From Podarcis filfolensis (taxonomy: Eukaryota): a stretch of DNA of 64,000 nt. Both the position numbers and the translations under genes were made by a program. The stretch is taken from the NCBI GenBank assembly GCA_964270895.1, contig OZ185446.1; one strand, given 5' to 3'. A model generated the notes under the pieces. It was not told the DNA's origin and did no database searches. It saw only the letters and a list, made by a program, of their open reading frames with translations. This document shows, in pieces, positions 49,151-61,095 of this stretch. The stretch's first letter is position 1, and each line of letters opens with the position of its first letter.

Positions 49151-50043
49151 CTGAAATATTCAAAGTCAGAACAAACACAAATTTTGACAGTGAACTTGCA
49201 TGAAAAACATCTGGCAATGTTCATACTATTCAGGGTTTTCCTTAAACCCTGGCAGCTTTAAGGAGGGCTAGGAGAAGGATTGGAACTGGTGGTTTCCAGG
49301 TCAAATCTATATCTTGCAGCTACCTAGACACCTAATCTACCAGTCCAATTTTTCTACTTAATTCAGCAGGGACAGAAGGATAAGAGTACGAAAATGGAAC
49401 AAGGGAGGCATGATGCGGAGCAGAAAAGATCTGTTGACAATTCATGTTATGATCACAATACAAATGAGTTCAACCTTAAGAACCAGTTTTTCTTTGCATT
49501 TATAATTTGACAACTTTGGCAGTTCACTGTTTTTTCTAGGGGGGAAACTAAACATACACACAATTAATTTCTACTGAGCCTTAGAAAATCAAGGGTAATG
49601 GGCAAAGGTTCTTTATTCATCAGAGTTCCAAGTGCCTCCACTTATCCCAATTGAATACAATGATCAATGAGGATAAGTCCACCTTCTCCAGTCCTAAGAT
49701 AAGAGAAACAAGTTCAGCAGAAACAGTAAGGCAAACTGTGTAGTAAGAATAAAGAATATACAGTGACATTTCTGCCACTTGCCTAATTTACATGACAATT
49801 CCATTTGAAGGATTTGGACTTTCTTGAGCCCCACTTAAATTCTGTAATGCTGAATTCTATATCCTCTATTTCAAAATCATCAGCAAATAATGCATTTGTA
49901 CACTAATTGTAACATCAAATTACTGCAGAAGCATATTGCTAATAGCTCGTGAATAATAGTGAACTATAATTTAGCTTAGCACTGTGTAATTTGCTGGCAA
50001 GTACTATATCAAAACCCTCTTGTGGAGGTAGGTTTATGGTTAC

Positions 50044-50101
50044 CTTGACATTGTCTCCAGGTAGATTTCTCACAAGTAAAAAGCTTCTTCAGAAGGAATG
50101 C
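50044..50101 (-). CDS. MINDY3: MINDY3 exon 3
   Basis: AFLLKKLFTCEKSTWRQCQ, 58 nt. Confidence 0.93.
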
Positions 50102-50754
50102 CTTATATTAAAGATAACATTGACATATCAGATATGTATGATTTGTTCTTCAGTGGTGCAAAGTGTTCCATTTTCAATATCAGTTTAACTTCTTTTAAAA
50201 GAAATAAAATACATTCCTAGTTACAGAAGGCCTTTTTCCCTATGCAAATGTACAGTTTACTTTTTTGCTCACTATCACTAAATTATTTACATAGCTACGG
50301 GATTAGAAATTGCTTAACTATAACAGCATGATAAATTTTCTCATGCAATTATATCATTCTCTCAAATCTTACAAATGTTTGAAGCATTTGATGGCCAATT
50401 TAGAGGACTAGATATCTGCCCCTACCTAAAACATAAAATGAACTTTATCAAGAGTTAAGTGCTGCAGGAACTCACAGAACAGGTTAGTTCTCAGATCTAT
50501 ATCTGCAACTGATTTAAGTAGGCATGTTGATTTTATGTATTATATTAATGCTGCAGACAACAGTGGCTCAAAACAGCAGCACTGGTAGTGCTCAAGCTGT
50601 ACTACTTCAACAGAGAATAATCACCTAAAGTAAACCCAACCAATATATATTTGTCATAGTGTTTACTTCAGGTTTTCACATAAGCCAAAGGACAGAAGGC
50701 AAAAATAGGTATGTTTCAAATTTACATAGTTTCCACAAGCTTCTATAGTATTAC

Positions 50755-50834
50755 CTGAATGGGCGCAATCACAGCGCAAGGGCCTCCTTCAAATTGTTCT
50801 AATGCAGTTGATTCTGATTCACTAAATACAAACC
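50755..50834 (-). CDS. MINDY3: MINDY3 exon 2 (catalytic Cys motif)
   Basis: (G)FVFSESESTALEQFEGGPCAVIAPIQ, 80 nt. Confidence 0.96.
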
Positions 50835-51199
50835 CTAATAGGAGGAACCAAAATAATGGGTTAGTTGTTTCCAAAGAAAAATGTCCATTAATAGAACAGT
50901 CTTTCATACTTATTCCTTATCAGAGTCAAACTACTGAGTTTTACTTTCAATATTCTGTCTCTGCCTAATAAAACTCAAACAACCCTGCTCAGTTCTTTTA
51001 ACGGTATCATTCATTGTACTGATGTTTTCAAGAAGCTGCATCAACCCCAGCCTAATTTTCGGAGTGGTAGTAGGTAATTATCATTTCCTAGTGTTTATAT
51101 CCTTACTTATCCTACCTTCTGTTAGAAATGTGCAAATGTTATTCAGTCTGGCTTGGCAAAGGCCATCAAATCCTCATTCCAATACAAGTGCTGCAGTGA

Positions 51200-51340
51200 N
51201 NNNNNNNNNNNNNNNNNNNNNNNNNNNNNNNNNNNNNNNNNNNNNNNNNNNNNNNNNNNNNNNNNNNNNNNNNNNNNNNNNNNNNNNNNNNNNNNNNNNN
51301 NNNNNNNNNNNNNNNNNNNNNNNNNNNNNNNNNNNNNNNT
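51200..51340. other. Assembly gap (141 N) in MINDY3 intron 1
   Basis: Run of N. No coding exon is missing from the reconstructed CDS. Confidence 0.99.
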
Positions 51341-53263
51341 TAAACCAGAACCTAAGCAGGTTCCAACATTGTAAAAGAAATCTTTTTCTTAATGTTTTAA
51401 GAAAAAGTCCTGGGGACAAAGTATAAATAAATGACTGGGGGTGGGGGAGTGGAAACCTACATGGTAATGTCCATATACTGGTGGGCGGGTGAGAGGGCAC
51501 AGTCATGGTCTCATCAAATGACTACCTTCAACTGGGTTCAACAAATAATAAATTCCATCTGAACACAGATATCCTAACTCCCCAATGGTACATTCCAGCC
51601 ACACACAAAAACTGTGCTCTGCAGTTTTGCTCAATTTTGTATTGAACTCCATGCACTTTCTAGGTCATATTCAATCTAGAGCAGTGTATTGCTTTGACAC
51701 AAACGAGGTATTGGAGTGAACAGAGTGTACAAATATGTCGCTTTTGCTTAGCTTTTCCAGTAGCTAAATGGAACCATGAAACAAACCAAAAACAATGGAT
51801 ACAAGTTTCATCTGCCATTTCAATATAAGGGGTGAAGGGGGTATTTTTACAAGACACAAACATTTACAAGGATACTGTAGGAAATGGTAAACAAGTACAG
51901 TCCATCCCTGAAGCAGGTCAACATAAAAAGCAAGACTTGCATGTAATTCCAAGGACTCTGTGAACTTTTTAAAAAGCGTATTTAGGGGGAATATTTTGAA
52001 TGTGAGTACTGAAGATTATAGTCACAAAACAATGTTAGAACAAACTTGCATTGAGCTCAGCAGCAGCTCTAAAATTGTTATATGATAGGACAGCAAAACA
52101 AGGCCAGGTTTTCTGACTTGACAATAACTGAAGCTTATATTAACACAAAGGCACTGTAAAGCTTGAAAGCTTCTATTCCAGTCCCAGCGAGTTGCTGGGG
52201 TGAAAGAGGGTGGGAAAAAGCTGCAACAGAACCAAAACCAGAAAAATCCAACTTAGAGGAGAAGGAAGTGAAGAATAAAATATATTAACCAAGTCAATAG
52301 AACAGATGGCAGCAGTCATCTATTTAACAGACACTGCAGCGTATACTGTATTTGTGACAGAGGTGTTTATCCTGTCTTACCAGAAATCTTCTAGCAGGTC
52401 ACACAACTTTCTCATATATCACAAAACAATTTTTCCATCCTGTGCAAACACAGAAATTGCAGCTGACTATACCCCCAGTCACTCAAGTTCACACACTGTC
52501 TACATGAGTGAGTACACGAGAATGTGATTTATTATGTACAAAAAAGGACCAGGGTGGTGATCGAAATGTTTTTTATCCAACCTTTGCAAAAACAAAATTC
52601 TTCTTCAAATTAATTACTTAGCTGGGATTTCTTCAACTTACGTTTCTTTCTTATTGATCCTTCAATTATAGGCACAAATATTTTAAATTATAACAAAACA
52701 AGCTTGCACTTCTGACCAAATTATTTCAGTACAGCCAGTAATTACTAATTTAATAGCCTGAAATACTGCCAGTCAAAGTGAACCTTTTTTAAAAAAGAAG
52801 AAGAAAAGAGAAGGCCAAGACAACTTTATGATTCATCCCTTTTTTTTGGTCAACACATTTCAGAGATTTAGGATTGTTCATCCATGAGATTTCCTGTCCA
52901 CTGTTGCCAGTATTTTTCTGAAGGCAACATGGAGCCCTAACATAACCCTAATCTGCTCATGAAAACAAATTCATTGATTAGCTCCTTAAAACAGACAACT
53001 GCCAGAACATACTACTTGCCCTTCCCTTTCTTATCAACATATCCAGCTGCCAGGTCGCTCAATCAAACAGACTTTAATATAAAAGCACTGACAGCAGCAG
53101 CCAAACTACAGAACCTAAGATAATAGCTTAACAATAACAAGTAACATAGTTACAAGCACATATAAGCTCCAAAATGTTAACTGAGCATGCACACACACAG
53201 AGAAATGCAATCAATGCAATACCCATTTATAACACTCCTCTCTATGTAAAACAGGAAAATAAA

Positions 53264-53443
53264 TTTAAAAAGCTTTCGTGTGCATGCACACTTCTTCAGA
53301 TATCTGGTATCAGAAGAAGTATGCATGCACACAAAAGCTTATACCTAGAAGAAACTTAGTTGCTCTCTAAGGTGCTACTGGACATTTTTTTAAAAAAAAA
53401 AAATTATTTCGACTGCTTCAGACCAACACGGCTGCCTACCTGA
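53264..53443 (+). mobile_element. Penelope-like element remnant with 5' inversion and hammerhead-like motifs
   Basis: TAAGGTGCTACTGG...AGACCAACACGGCT 3' end, about 19-20-bp TSD ATGTAAAACAGGAAA(A)TAAA (53244-53263, 53444-53462), inverted copy of the GTGTGCATGCACAC block. Confidence 0.8.
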
Positions 53444-53659
53444 ATGTAAAACAGGAAATAAAAGGAAAATAGCCGTTCCCAAGAGGGGACAACATAATGC
53501 GTGATTATTGTTTCAGCAGCCAACACACAAAGGAGAACAGTTGTAGAAAAATAAAGGACAAATCACATTGGTCTAGAATGCATATCACATTAAACCATAG
53601 TTTAAACAGGCTGTAGTGCTACTGCACACTGCTCAAAGTTCCCGTGGTGTTCTTCTCCT

Positions 53660-53870
53660 GCTCCTATTGCTCCACAGACAAAACAAGCCAGAGTCTGGCC
53701 TGTTATCTGAACCCAGGCTCATTGCTTGTTTCTTTCAAACCAACCATGAACAGAAATCAAGGTTTGTTCTTGGTTTATCCCTCGTGGTGTGGCTTGAGAA
53801 GAACAAACCACAAGCCCAGGTTTGAACAATATGACAAGCCAAATTTTGGCTTGTTTTGTTTGTGGTGCAG
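53660..53870. mobile_element. Degenerate palindromic MITE
   Basis: CCACAGACAAAACAAGCC ... GGCTTGTTTTGTTTGTGG inverted arms. Boundaries approximate. Confidence 0.55.
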
Positions 53871-54261
53871 CAGGAAGATTGAAGGGGGACCACCTTAGGA
53901 ACCTATCAGCAGCATATACCACCTCACTGCTCATTCACATTGAACCACAATCTATTTTTAATGTGATGTATGAAGTAGGCCACTGGAAGCAAAGAGGAGC
54001 ATTTCTATAACACCAACACATTTTGAACATGGTCATAACCACAAATGCATATTTTATTGATGATGAAACATCAACTGTGGCCAGAACTGAACTGAGGAGA
54101 GCAATTAGCAGCAGCATTCTGCTGCAAGAAGCCAAACTTCCAACTAATCGTTCTTGTTCTCTTCCCTCAGTTACCTTTTATTGCAAAACAAATTATTTCA
54201 TTAGAGTGGTTTGCCATGCATCTGAGATTCAAGTTGATGGAAATGATGGAATGGGCTAAGA

Positions 54262-54397
54262 CAAGCTTCCTCAACCTCGACCCTCCAGATGTTTTAAGAC
54301 TACAATTCCCATCATCCCTGGCCACTGGTCCTGCTAGCTAGGGGTCATGGGAGTTGTAGGCCAAAAACATCTGGAGGGCTGAGGGTGAGGAAGCCTG
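54262..54397. mobile_element. 136-bp palindromic hAT MITE (variant TIR)
   Basis: CA.GCTTCCTCAACCTC ends, perfect TSD GGCTAAGA. Confidence 0.9.
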
Positions 54398-55622
54398 GGC
54401 TAAGATATTGTCAACCCAGAAACAATAACTTTAGGGGGTGCTTTTTTTTGTAGATCTACCAAGGAGTTAGTTACCTGGGTACAACATTTGGAATGGTGGA
54501 GACGATGTATACTGCAAAGACAAGAGTAACTACACATGTTACTGACCAATTAATTCATTTAACATGTTTACATTTCCATTTAACTTATCAGTGCTACATG
54601 AGCATATACTGGCTAGGTCGCACCAGTAGCTATTTTAAATGGGGTATAGGGCTGAATCATCTTGTGTTGTCCACAAAATTTAGCAATTTCCAATTACAGG
54701 GTGGCACTTCTAAAAAGACATTATAAAATATTGTCAAATGAAAAATACGGAGAAATTAAAATGAGGACCATATTAACTTTCTAGAAAGATTACATGGATG
54801 ATTCCTAAATGCTGTTTGTTAGAGGGAGCTTTCGGTGCCATGCCCAAACACAGTAATTATTATTGGATAAATATTTGCGCTTCATTGTTTCTATTGCCAG
54901 TGCTGTAATAGGCAATTCAAAGCTTTTATTAACCTCTTGGGAATCAGTAGTATGGACACAATCCATAATTTTTTTCTACCAAGATCACAGCACATCAACT
55001 TTTAGGTTACAAAAAAAAATCTCCCAAAGCAAAACAGAAAAAACAGAATAACTTGTAAGGTTTTTATATTGATTATTCATGGACAAGCTGTTGATAGCAG
55101 TGTTTGCTATCAATGCAATCAATGCTGCATCATTATATGCATAGAGTAAGCCAAGTCAAGCTTAGAGGAAATGTTGAAACCTTTTTTTACATATTCCACA
55201 GCAATCTAGACTATAAATGTGAAATTTTACTAAAAGGATATCACATCCCAAGTCCATGCAGTACTTAGAAGAAAGCCTTGCTAACAAATCAAAAAGTATT
55301 TCAGATTCTTGGGCAAGAGCACCAATTTTCCAGCTCTGTGAAACCAGACCAAAAGCATAACATGCAGTACAACATGGCAGAAATTTATCAGAACTACTAA
55401 TGGTTAGAATGACCATCTTAAAGAAACCCAGGACCCTTAACTTATACACATGACGGAATAGCACCAATGTTACCCAACCATGTAGGATAGTTATTACAAA
55501 CAGCAATAAAACTGTGCTGAACATAGTAGCACTGTTTACAACACGGAGCTGGGAGAAAATTACTAGTTTGTCCTTGACCACAGGCAAAGGAGCAGCAGAT
55601 GTATCTTGTCACCTACTGGGTT

Positions 55623-56323
55623 TAGAGCTGGGTGACATCAGCTTTTCAACATCATGGTGTATCGCCAGCCAAACATCGCAGTTTGGCGATATACCATGAT
55701 GTTGAAAAAACAAGATGCATTGGCTTCTACCCACGAGACACCAGGTGAAACTGCCCCAGCTTTCACCTTGAGAGCTGAGGCAGTTTCACCCAGGCTCGCA
55801 GGCTAGGACAATGCAGTTTGTTTGTGCCGCTCAGCTGAGGGGAGGTTCCCCCCCCAGCTGAGACAGCCCCGGTGCTCTCACCACTCATGTGCCTCATGTA
55901 CAAAGCATTGGGGCTCCTGTGAATGCCCGCTGTGGGGAGTGGCAAGCGAGCTCCCCTCAGCTGACCAGTTTCACAGAGCCCCCACCACGCTTGCAGAAGC
56001 CAATGCCGGGTTGGGGGTTCTTTTAACTGCTCAGCTGAGGCAAGGGCAGTTGCACACTCCTCAGTTGAGCAGTTTAAAGATGCAGAGGGAGGAACAAGCT
56101 GTACTGGTGCCTCACCAATACAGCTTGTTTCTCCCCCTCTATCGTATGAGGGCAGAGTGGGATGGCTGTTTCACTCAGATATAGGAACTCTTGACTCTCT
56201 CCAGCGGACGCTGCTAGCAGAGGGACTCAGGAGCAAAGGCGGTTTCAACAGCGATATACCGCTGAAACCGACATCACGGTCTGCTCCTCGTACCGGTCCT
56301 GGGCGATATATCACCCAGGCCTA
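55623..56323. mobile_element. About 700-bp hAT-like element (TAG ends) in MINDY3 intron 1
   Basis: TAGAGCTGGGTGA / TCACCCAGGCCTA, TSD ACTGGGTT vs ACTGAGTG (6/8), internal hairpins. Confidence 0.7.
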
Positions 56324-56899
56324 ACTGAGTGGCAAATACACCCTTTCCCAACAGTAAATATACCGAAGACTTTTACAGACAAAGAGAAAGGGTTTGCCAA
56401 CCTTATGGTGCAAAAGATATCCCCAGCTCATACATAGATAGGGTGGGGGTGGGGAGGCAAATGACACATCTTAACAGCTATCATGATGACTGTGCCACCA
56501 CTATATTTGGGTCCCTTCCTGCCCATTTCAAAACAGGGGAATAACAGGCAAAGGAAGATGTATCAAGGGGAGAGAATATAACTCGGCTCACTAGTTACAG
56601 TGCGAAAAAAGGGGGGGATACAGAAGAGCAAGAAGGGTGGAGATCCCTTATTCTCCCAAGTCACAAACCACCCACCTCTCTGCCATGATGCAGTTCAAGG
56701 CTGCGCCAGCTGGGAGCGCTTGTCATGCCAGACACTACCGACGGCATCACGCTTCCCACCAGCGCCTGACGAGGAAAGGGGGAGAAGGAAAGAGCACAGG
56801 GGTCCAAAGGCAAGGAGGAGGAGGGTGTGTGAAAGGGGAATGTGAAAGTGAATGAAGGCGCGAAGAGGGAAGGAGGGAGGATGGCGGGGGGGGGGGGAG

Positions 56900-57900
56900 G
56901 AGGAGGCCGGGACGTACCTTGTGCCCACCGGCAGAAGATGGTGTCGGCGAGGCCCTGCGTGCCGGGCTTCTTGCCCCACACCAGGTGGACGACCTCCTGC
57001 CCCAAGTCAGCCATGGCGGCGGCTCCCGGCGGCGGCGGAAAGGCGGCAGCGGCGGCGGCACAGGCGACGGAGGGGCGGCGGCCAACCTGCGTTCGCTGAA
57101 CATGGGCAGGAGGCGGAGGAAGCGGCGGCGAAGCGGGCTCCTCACGAGGCGGCGGCTGCCGGGCCTGAAGGGGGAGAAGCGAGGGATGCTGAGAAAGGGG
57201 GACAGGGGCAGACGGAGGCCCAGCGCCGCCCGTTGAGGCGCTTCTCCCTCGACAGAGGGCCGCGCCTCCCTACCCCGGCTTCCCCTCAGAGGCCACGCCT
57301 GAGGAGGCCGCGCTTCCCCGCGAGGGGCCGCCTGGACCGACTCCCCCGTCGGGCGTCGCGGATGGTTATACTGACCGGCCTTTCTGCTCTTCCTCCTTCA
57401 CTGCTGCGCGCGCGCGCCCGCCTGCCTCACCCGCTCCCTTCCTCAGGGCTCAGTAGTAATACTGAATGGCGGGGTTGGGCACTACCGGCAACCCCCATTG
57501 GAGCAGCTCCTTGACAAGCAAGCACCTCGTCGAATGGGAGGCGTCGAAGCGGGGCTCACTTTCTCCCCCGCCCATCCTGACTCGGGGAGTTAACAACACG
57601 GTCAGAAGCGGGGCGGGGAAGGGAAGGGAAGGGATGCACACAAACACGCTCGGCCGCACGCCAATCAACAACAGGACTGGCTGTGATTCGACTGAGCTGC
57701 GCGACAGGCATGTAGGCGGGCCAATCCACGGCGGGCGGGCGGGCGGGCGGGCGGAGCTGGAGGAAGGGCGAGATGCTCATTCATAGGGTGGGTACAAAGA
57801 AGGGTTCGTTTCAAAGTGGGAGAGTCCCGCCCGGCTCTCGCTTCCTGTATGAATGCTCTGTGCGCGAGTGTCTAGGTAAAAATGGGAAGAGTCGTCGTGC
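56900..57900. promoter_or_regulatory. CpG island / MINDY3 promoter
   Basis: CpG-rich, CCAAT boxes at 57661 and 57721, (GGGC)n GC-box run at about 57731-57752, (CG)n run at 57406-57417. Confidence 0.88.
56918..57014 (-). CDS. MINDY3: MINDY3 exon 1 (coding part)
   Basis: MADLGQEVVHLVWGKKPGTQGLADTIFCRWAQ, perfect Kozak GCCGCCATGG, GTACGT donor. All 15 exons sum to 1338 nt (445 aa + stop). Confidence 0.95.
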
Positions 57901-58020
57901 ACGCGGGTTAGATTTCTATTTTTTTAGTTTTGGAGGTTTTAAAATATTGCAGAATAGAATTTAGAAAAGGAGGATGAAGAGCATATTAAGTCAACACAAC
58001 CCATAATATACCAATTACGA

Positions 58021-58240
58021 AACAAAATTTTAAAAAATTCCTTCCAGTAGCACCTTAGAGACCAACTAAATTTGTTATTGGTATAAGCTTTCGTGTGCAT
58101 GCACGAAAAAAGCTCGTTCAGTGCATGCACACGAAAGCTCGTACCAATAACAAACTTAGTTGGTCTCTAAGGTGCTACTGGAAGGAATTTTTAAATTTTG
58201 TTTCGACTATGGCAGACCAACACGGCTACCTACCTGTAAC
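58021..58240 (+). mobile_element. Penelope-like remnant forming an approximately 85-bp-arm palindrome
   Basis: Same 3' end as 53264-53443, 14-bp TSD TATACCA(A/G)TTACGA (58007-58020, 58241-58254). Confidence 0.82.
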
Positions 58241-58586
58241 TATACCAGTTACGATCCAATAATGTAAAGAAAGAAAAAGCAATTGGGTGCACAAGTTCAA
58301 TGCCGGTAGATCAGCTTTGGGGCCAAGTTCCCCACAGGAAGTTCTGAGCAAAGGAGTTTTTGACAGGTGGGTGGTACATAATGCATACCCTCCAACATTT
58401 CTTAGGTGAAAATAGGGACATCCTATTTATCATCATCAAGAGCAATTTTTATTATTTATCCATCTGACTGGGTTGCCCTGGCCACTTTTGGTTGCTTCTA
58501 ACCTATATGAAAACATAATAAAACATTAAAAATTAAAAAGCGTCCCTATACAGGGCTGCCTTCAGATGTCTTCTAAAAGTTGCATA

Positions 58587-58832
58587 CAGTCATACCTCAG
58601 GTTGCGAACGTGATCCATGCGGGAAGCATGTTCACAATTCGCAGCTTGAAGTGCTGCGCATGCGTGTGACGCGATTCAGTACTTCTGTGCATGCGTGTGA
58701 TGTCATTTTGTGTTTCTGCGCATGCGTGAGCGCCGAAACCCAGAAATAACCCGTTCCAGTACTTCCGGGTTCGGCACGGTCCACTACTCGAAAACACGCA
58801 ACCCGCGGCGTTCATAACCTGAGGTATGACTG
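58587..58832. mobile_element. 246-bp Tc1/mariner MITE
   Basis: TIR CAGTCATACCTCAGGTT, TA TSD. Confidence 0.92.
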
Positions 58833-59798
58833 TAGTTACTTAGCTCCTTGCCTCGGGTGTGGGGGTGGGTCGCATGATAGTCTAAATTGCTGTAAGTGAG
58901 CCATCAGGAGTCTCATTGTGCATTTCTCAGCATCTAATCCAGTTCAGCCCTAAGAATGAGGCCTTTCTTGAGCTTATGTAACATCCCTTTTTCTGCTTGA
59001 TCGCCATTTGAGCACCAAAGTACTTGAAAGGGTATCACATGTGTGTGTGTTTGTAAAATAGTAGCGGAAAAGTGCCAGCAGTAGAAAACTGGGCCTGATG
59101 GAAAGAAAGAGAAATAGGAAACAATTTCCAGTGGGGTAACCATTTTCATCTGTAGCAACAAAAACACAGTTTGTGGCCCTTTTAAAAGACTAGCAAATTT
59201 ATAATGGGAGAAGCTGTTATGAACTGGAGCCCACTTCATCAGATATATGACATGTTATCCAAGGTAGAGCAGTATACTTTTGACAGCAGAGGATTCTTAG
59301 CACTGACGTTGGAGGAAAATGAAATGCATAATAATAATACAGACTCTGATGATTATACGAAAAATCAAATCAATAGAGAGACCATTCACAAAGCAGCATT
59401 GAAGACAACACAAACATCCTGGTGTTGGCAACCTAATTAATACCTGCAGAGGTTGGGGGGGGGGGCTGTTCTTTTATCTCAGTTCAGGTCACAGGTGAAA
59501 AAACTGAACTTCTTGAGAAGTATAATTCAGCAGTTCCACACTGGAATTTCTCTTCAGTCATCGATAGTTCAAGTGTGACTACTGTAAGCTCAGTGGACCA
59601 TATTTTCCCATTTATTGATAACTCAAGATATAGATACTGCTATTTCTTTTCTCAGCTGCCCTGAGGGGAATCATAGATAGAAATGATGAAAATTCACAAA
59701 CTGTAGTAGACTACACACACGTAAATGGAGATGATGGAAAGTTCTACCAACGCAATTCATTCTTTCCCTTTAAAAAAAAAATCTGGCATGGAATTGGA

Positions 59799-60070
59799 CA
59801 GGGGTAGGGAACCTCTGCCCGTCTAGGCCTCCTCATTTGGCCCACAAGACTATTACCCCCACCTGCCCCACACCTGATGGCGTATGTGGCATCAGGTGTG
59901 GGGCAGGTAGAGGTATATCTGATCCCTGCAAAAAAGCAGAATTAGCTTGTGGCAAATACTTGCACTTCTGTGCAACCTGCCTATGTTGTGGTAATGGATC
60001 AGACCCCATATTTGATACTCCTATTAATAATTTCCCTCAACCTAATGTAGCCCAGCTGAGCCTATTGCAT
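59799..60070 (+). mobile_element. hAT MITE fragment with an internal perfect hairpin
   Basis: CAGGGGTAGGGAACC left end. Right end not identified. Confidence 0.55.
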
Positions 60071-60912
60071 GGGGAATGAAGGCATCATGTTTTCTATGAG
60101 ATTCCCTCATCATGAGAGGCAACACAGGCCATATTCACACACTGATCTTCTGATTCCCTCACCTTCTATCTTAAAACAGCATGACTTTGTCTCCCATCAT
60201 AAACCATAACACTTTTAAGCTTATTGTAAAGCCCTAAAACCTTGAATGGACTACATCTATTGCAAGCAATAAGCCACACTTACAACAAATCCATAAACTA
60301 CATGTGTTTAAAAAATGCTAATTGCTCCCAATTAGGCAGGAAGGTTTGTTTTCACGGAGACAGCAATCTGCATCAGAATCTTTAACTGACAACTTTTAGC
60401 ATGCCCAGTTGCACACCAGACATGTTTCCATGTCCAAAAGATTGAACGAATGTTATTCTAATAGTGGAATTTATTATTTTTCTTTTATGCATCCAGACAT
60501 CCTGTAGAAAAACCATCCTGCTATAATTTACTGTAAGTTTGTTTTCCACTTGTAATTGTGGTAGTTAGCAATTAAGTTTAGGAATGGATTGTGGATTTAT
60601 ATTCTTCAAAGGAAAATTTAGTATAAATATTCCTTCTTTGGGGCATCTTGCCAGTCTTCTCTTGGAATGACTCACAACTAGCAACCAGGTAATTATGGAT
60701 TAAGAATGCATAATTCGATACAGTGTCCCCTTACTTGCCCAACTCCACCGCCACAATCTAAAAAGCCCCACAGGCTGTAACTTTTTCCCATAGGGTAGTT
60801 GTTCTCCCCAATGATCATTCTGGTTGGCCTTTTCTGACAATATAGCTTCAAGAATGAGGACTGCTTGAGGTATGTGAGAGTAGCAACAGTGTTTTCCACT
60901 TAGTGCTTGGAA

Positions 60913-61095
60913 CAGGGCCAACCCTACAACACCCTTCCATGAGGCAAGATGAGGGGACTGCCTCAGGCAGCAGAATCCACAGGGGCAGCAGATCCCAGTG
61001 TAGATCTTTATTCCCCCTGTGTTCCTGATGTTGATCTTCGCTTACCCCTTTTCCCTGATTGAGAGGGGGTGCCATAATGTCTCAAGCCATCCCTG
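60913..61095. mobile_element. 183-bp hAT MITE
   Basis: CAGGG...CCCTG ends, perfect TSD GCTTGGAA. Confidence 0.88.

Noticed and set aside
51022-51506. ORFs spanning the N run
   Set aside because: Artefacts of translating through the assembly gap.
55162-55587. 141-aa minus-strand ORF in MINDY3 intron 1
   Set aside because: No recognisable domain and no convincing splice context. One ORF of this size is plausible by chance; only Ribo-seq or conservation could rescue it.
25811-57014. Non-canonical or U12-type introns, or pseudogenisation of MINDY3
   Set aside because: All 14 introns are GT-AG without a GTATCCTT donor, phases match and the CDS is uninterrupted.
59837-60079. Cys-rich 80-aa ORF resembling a defensin or metallothionein
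   Set aside because: It starts with TTG, lies within a hAT MITE remnant including its hairpin, and has no signal peptide.
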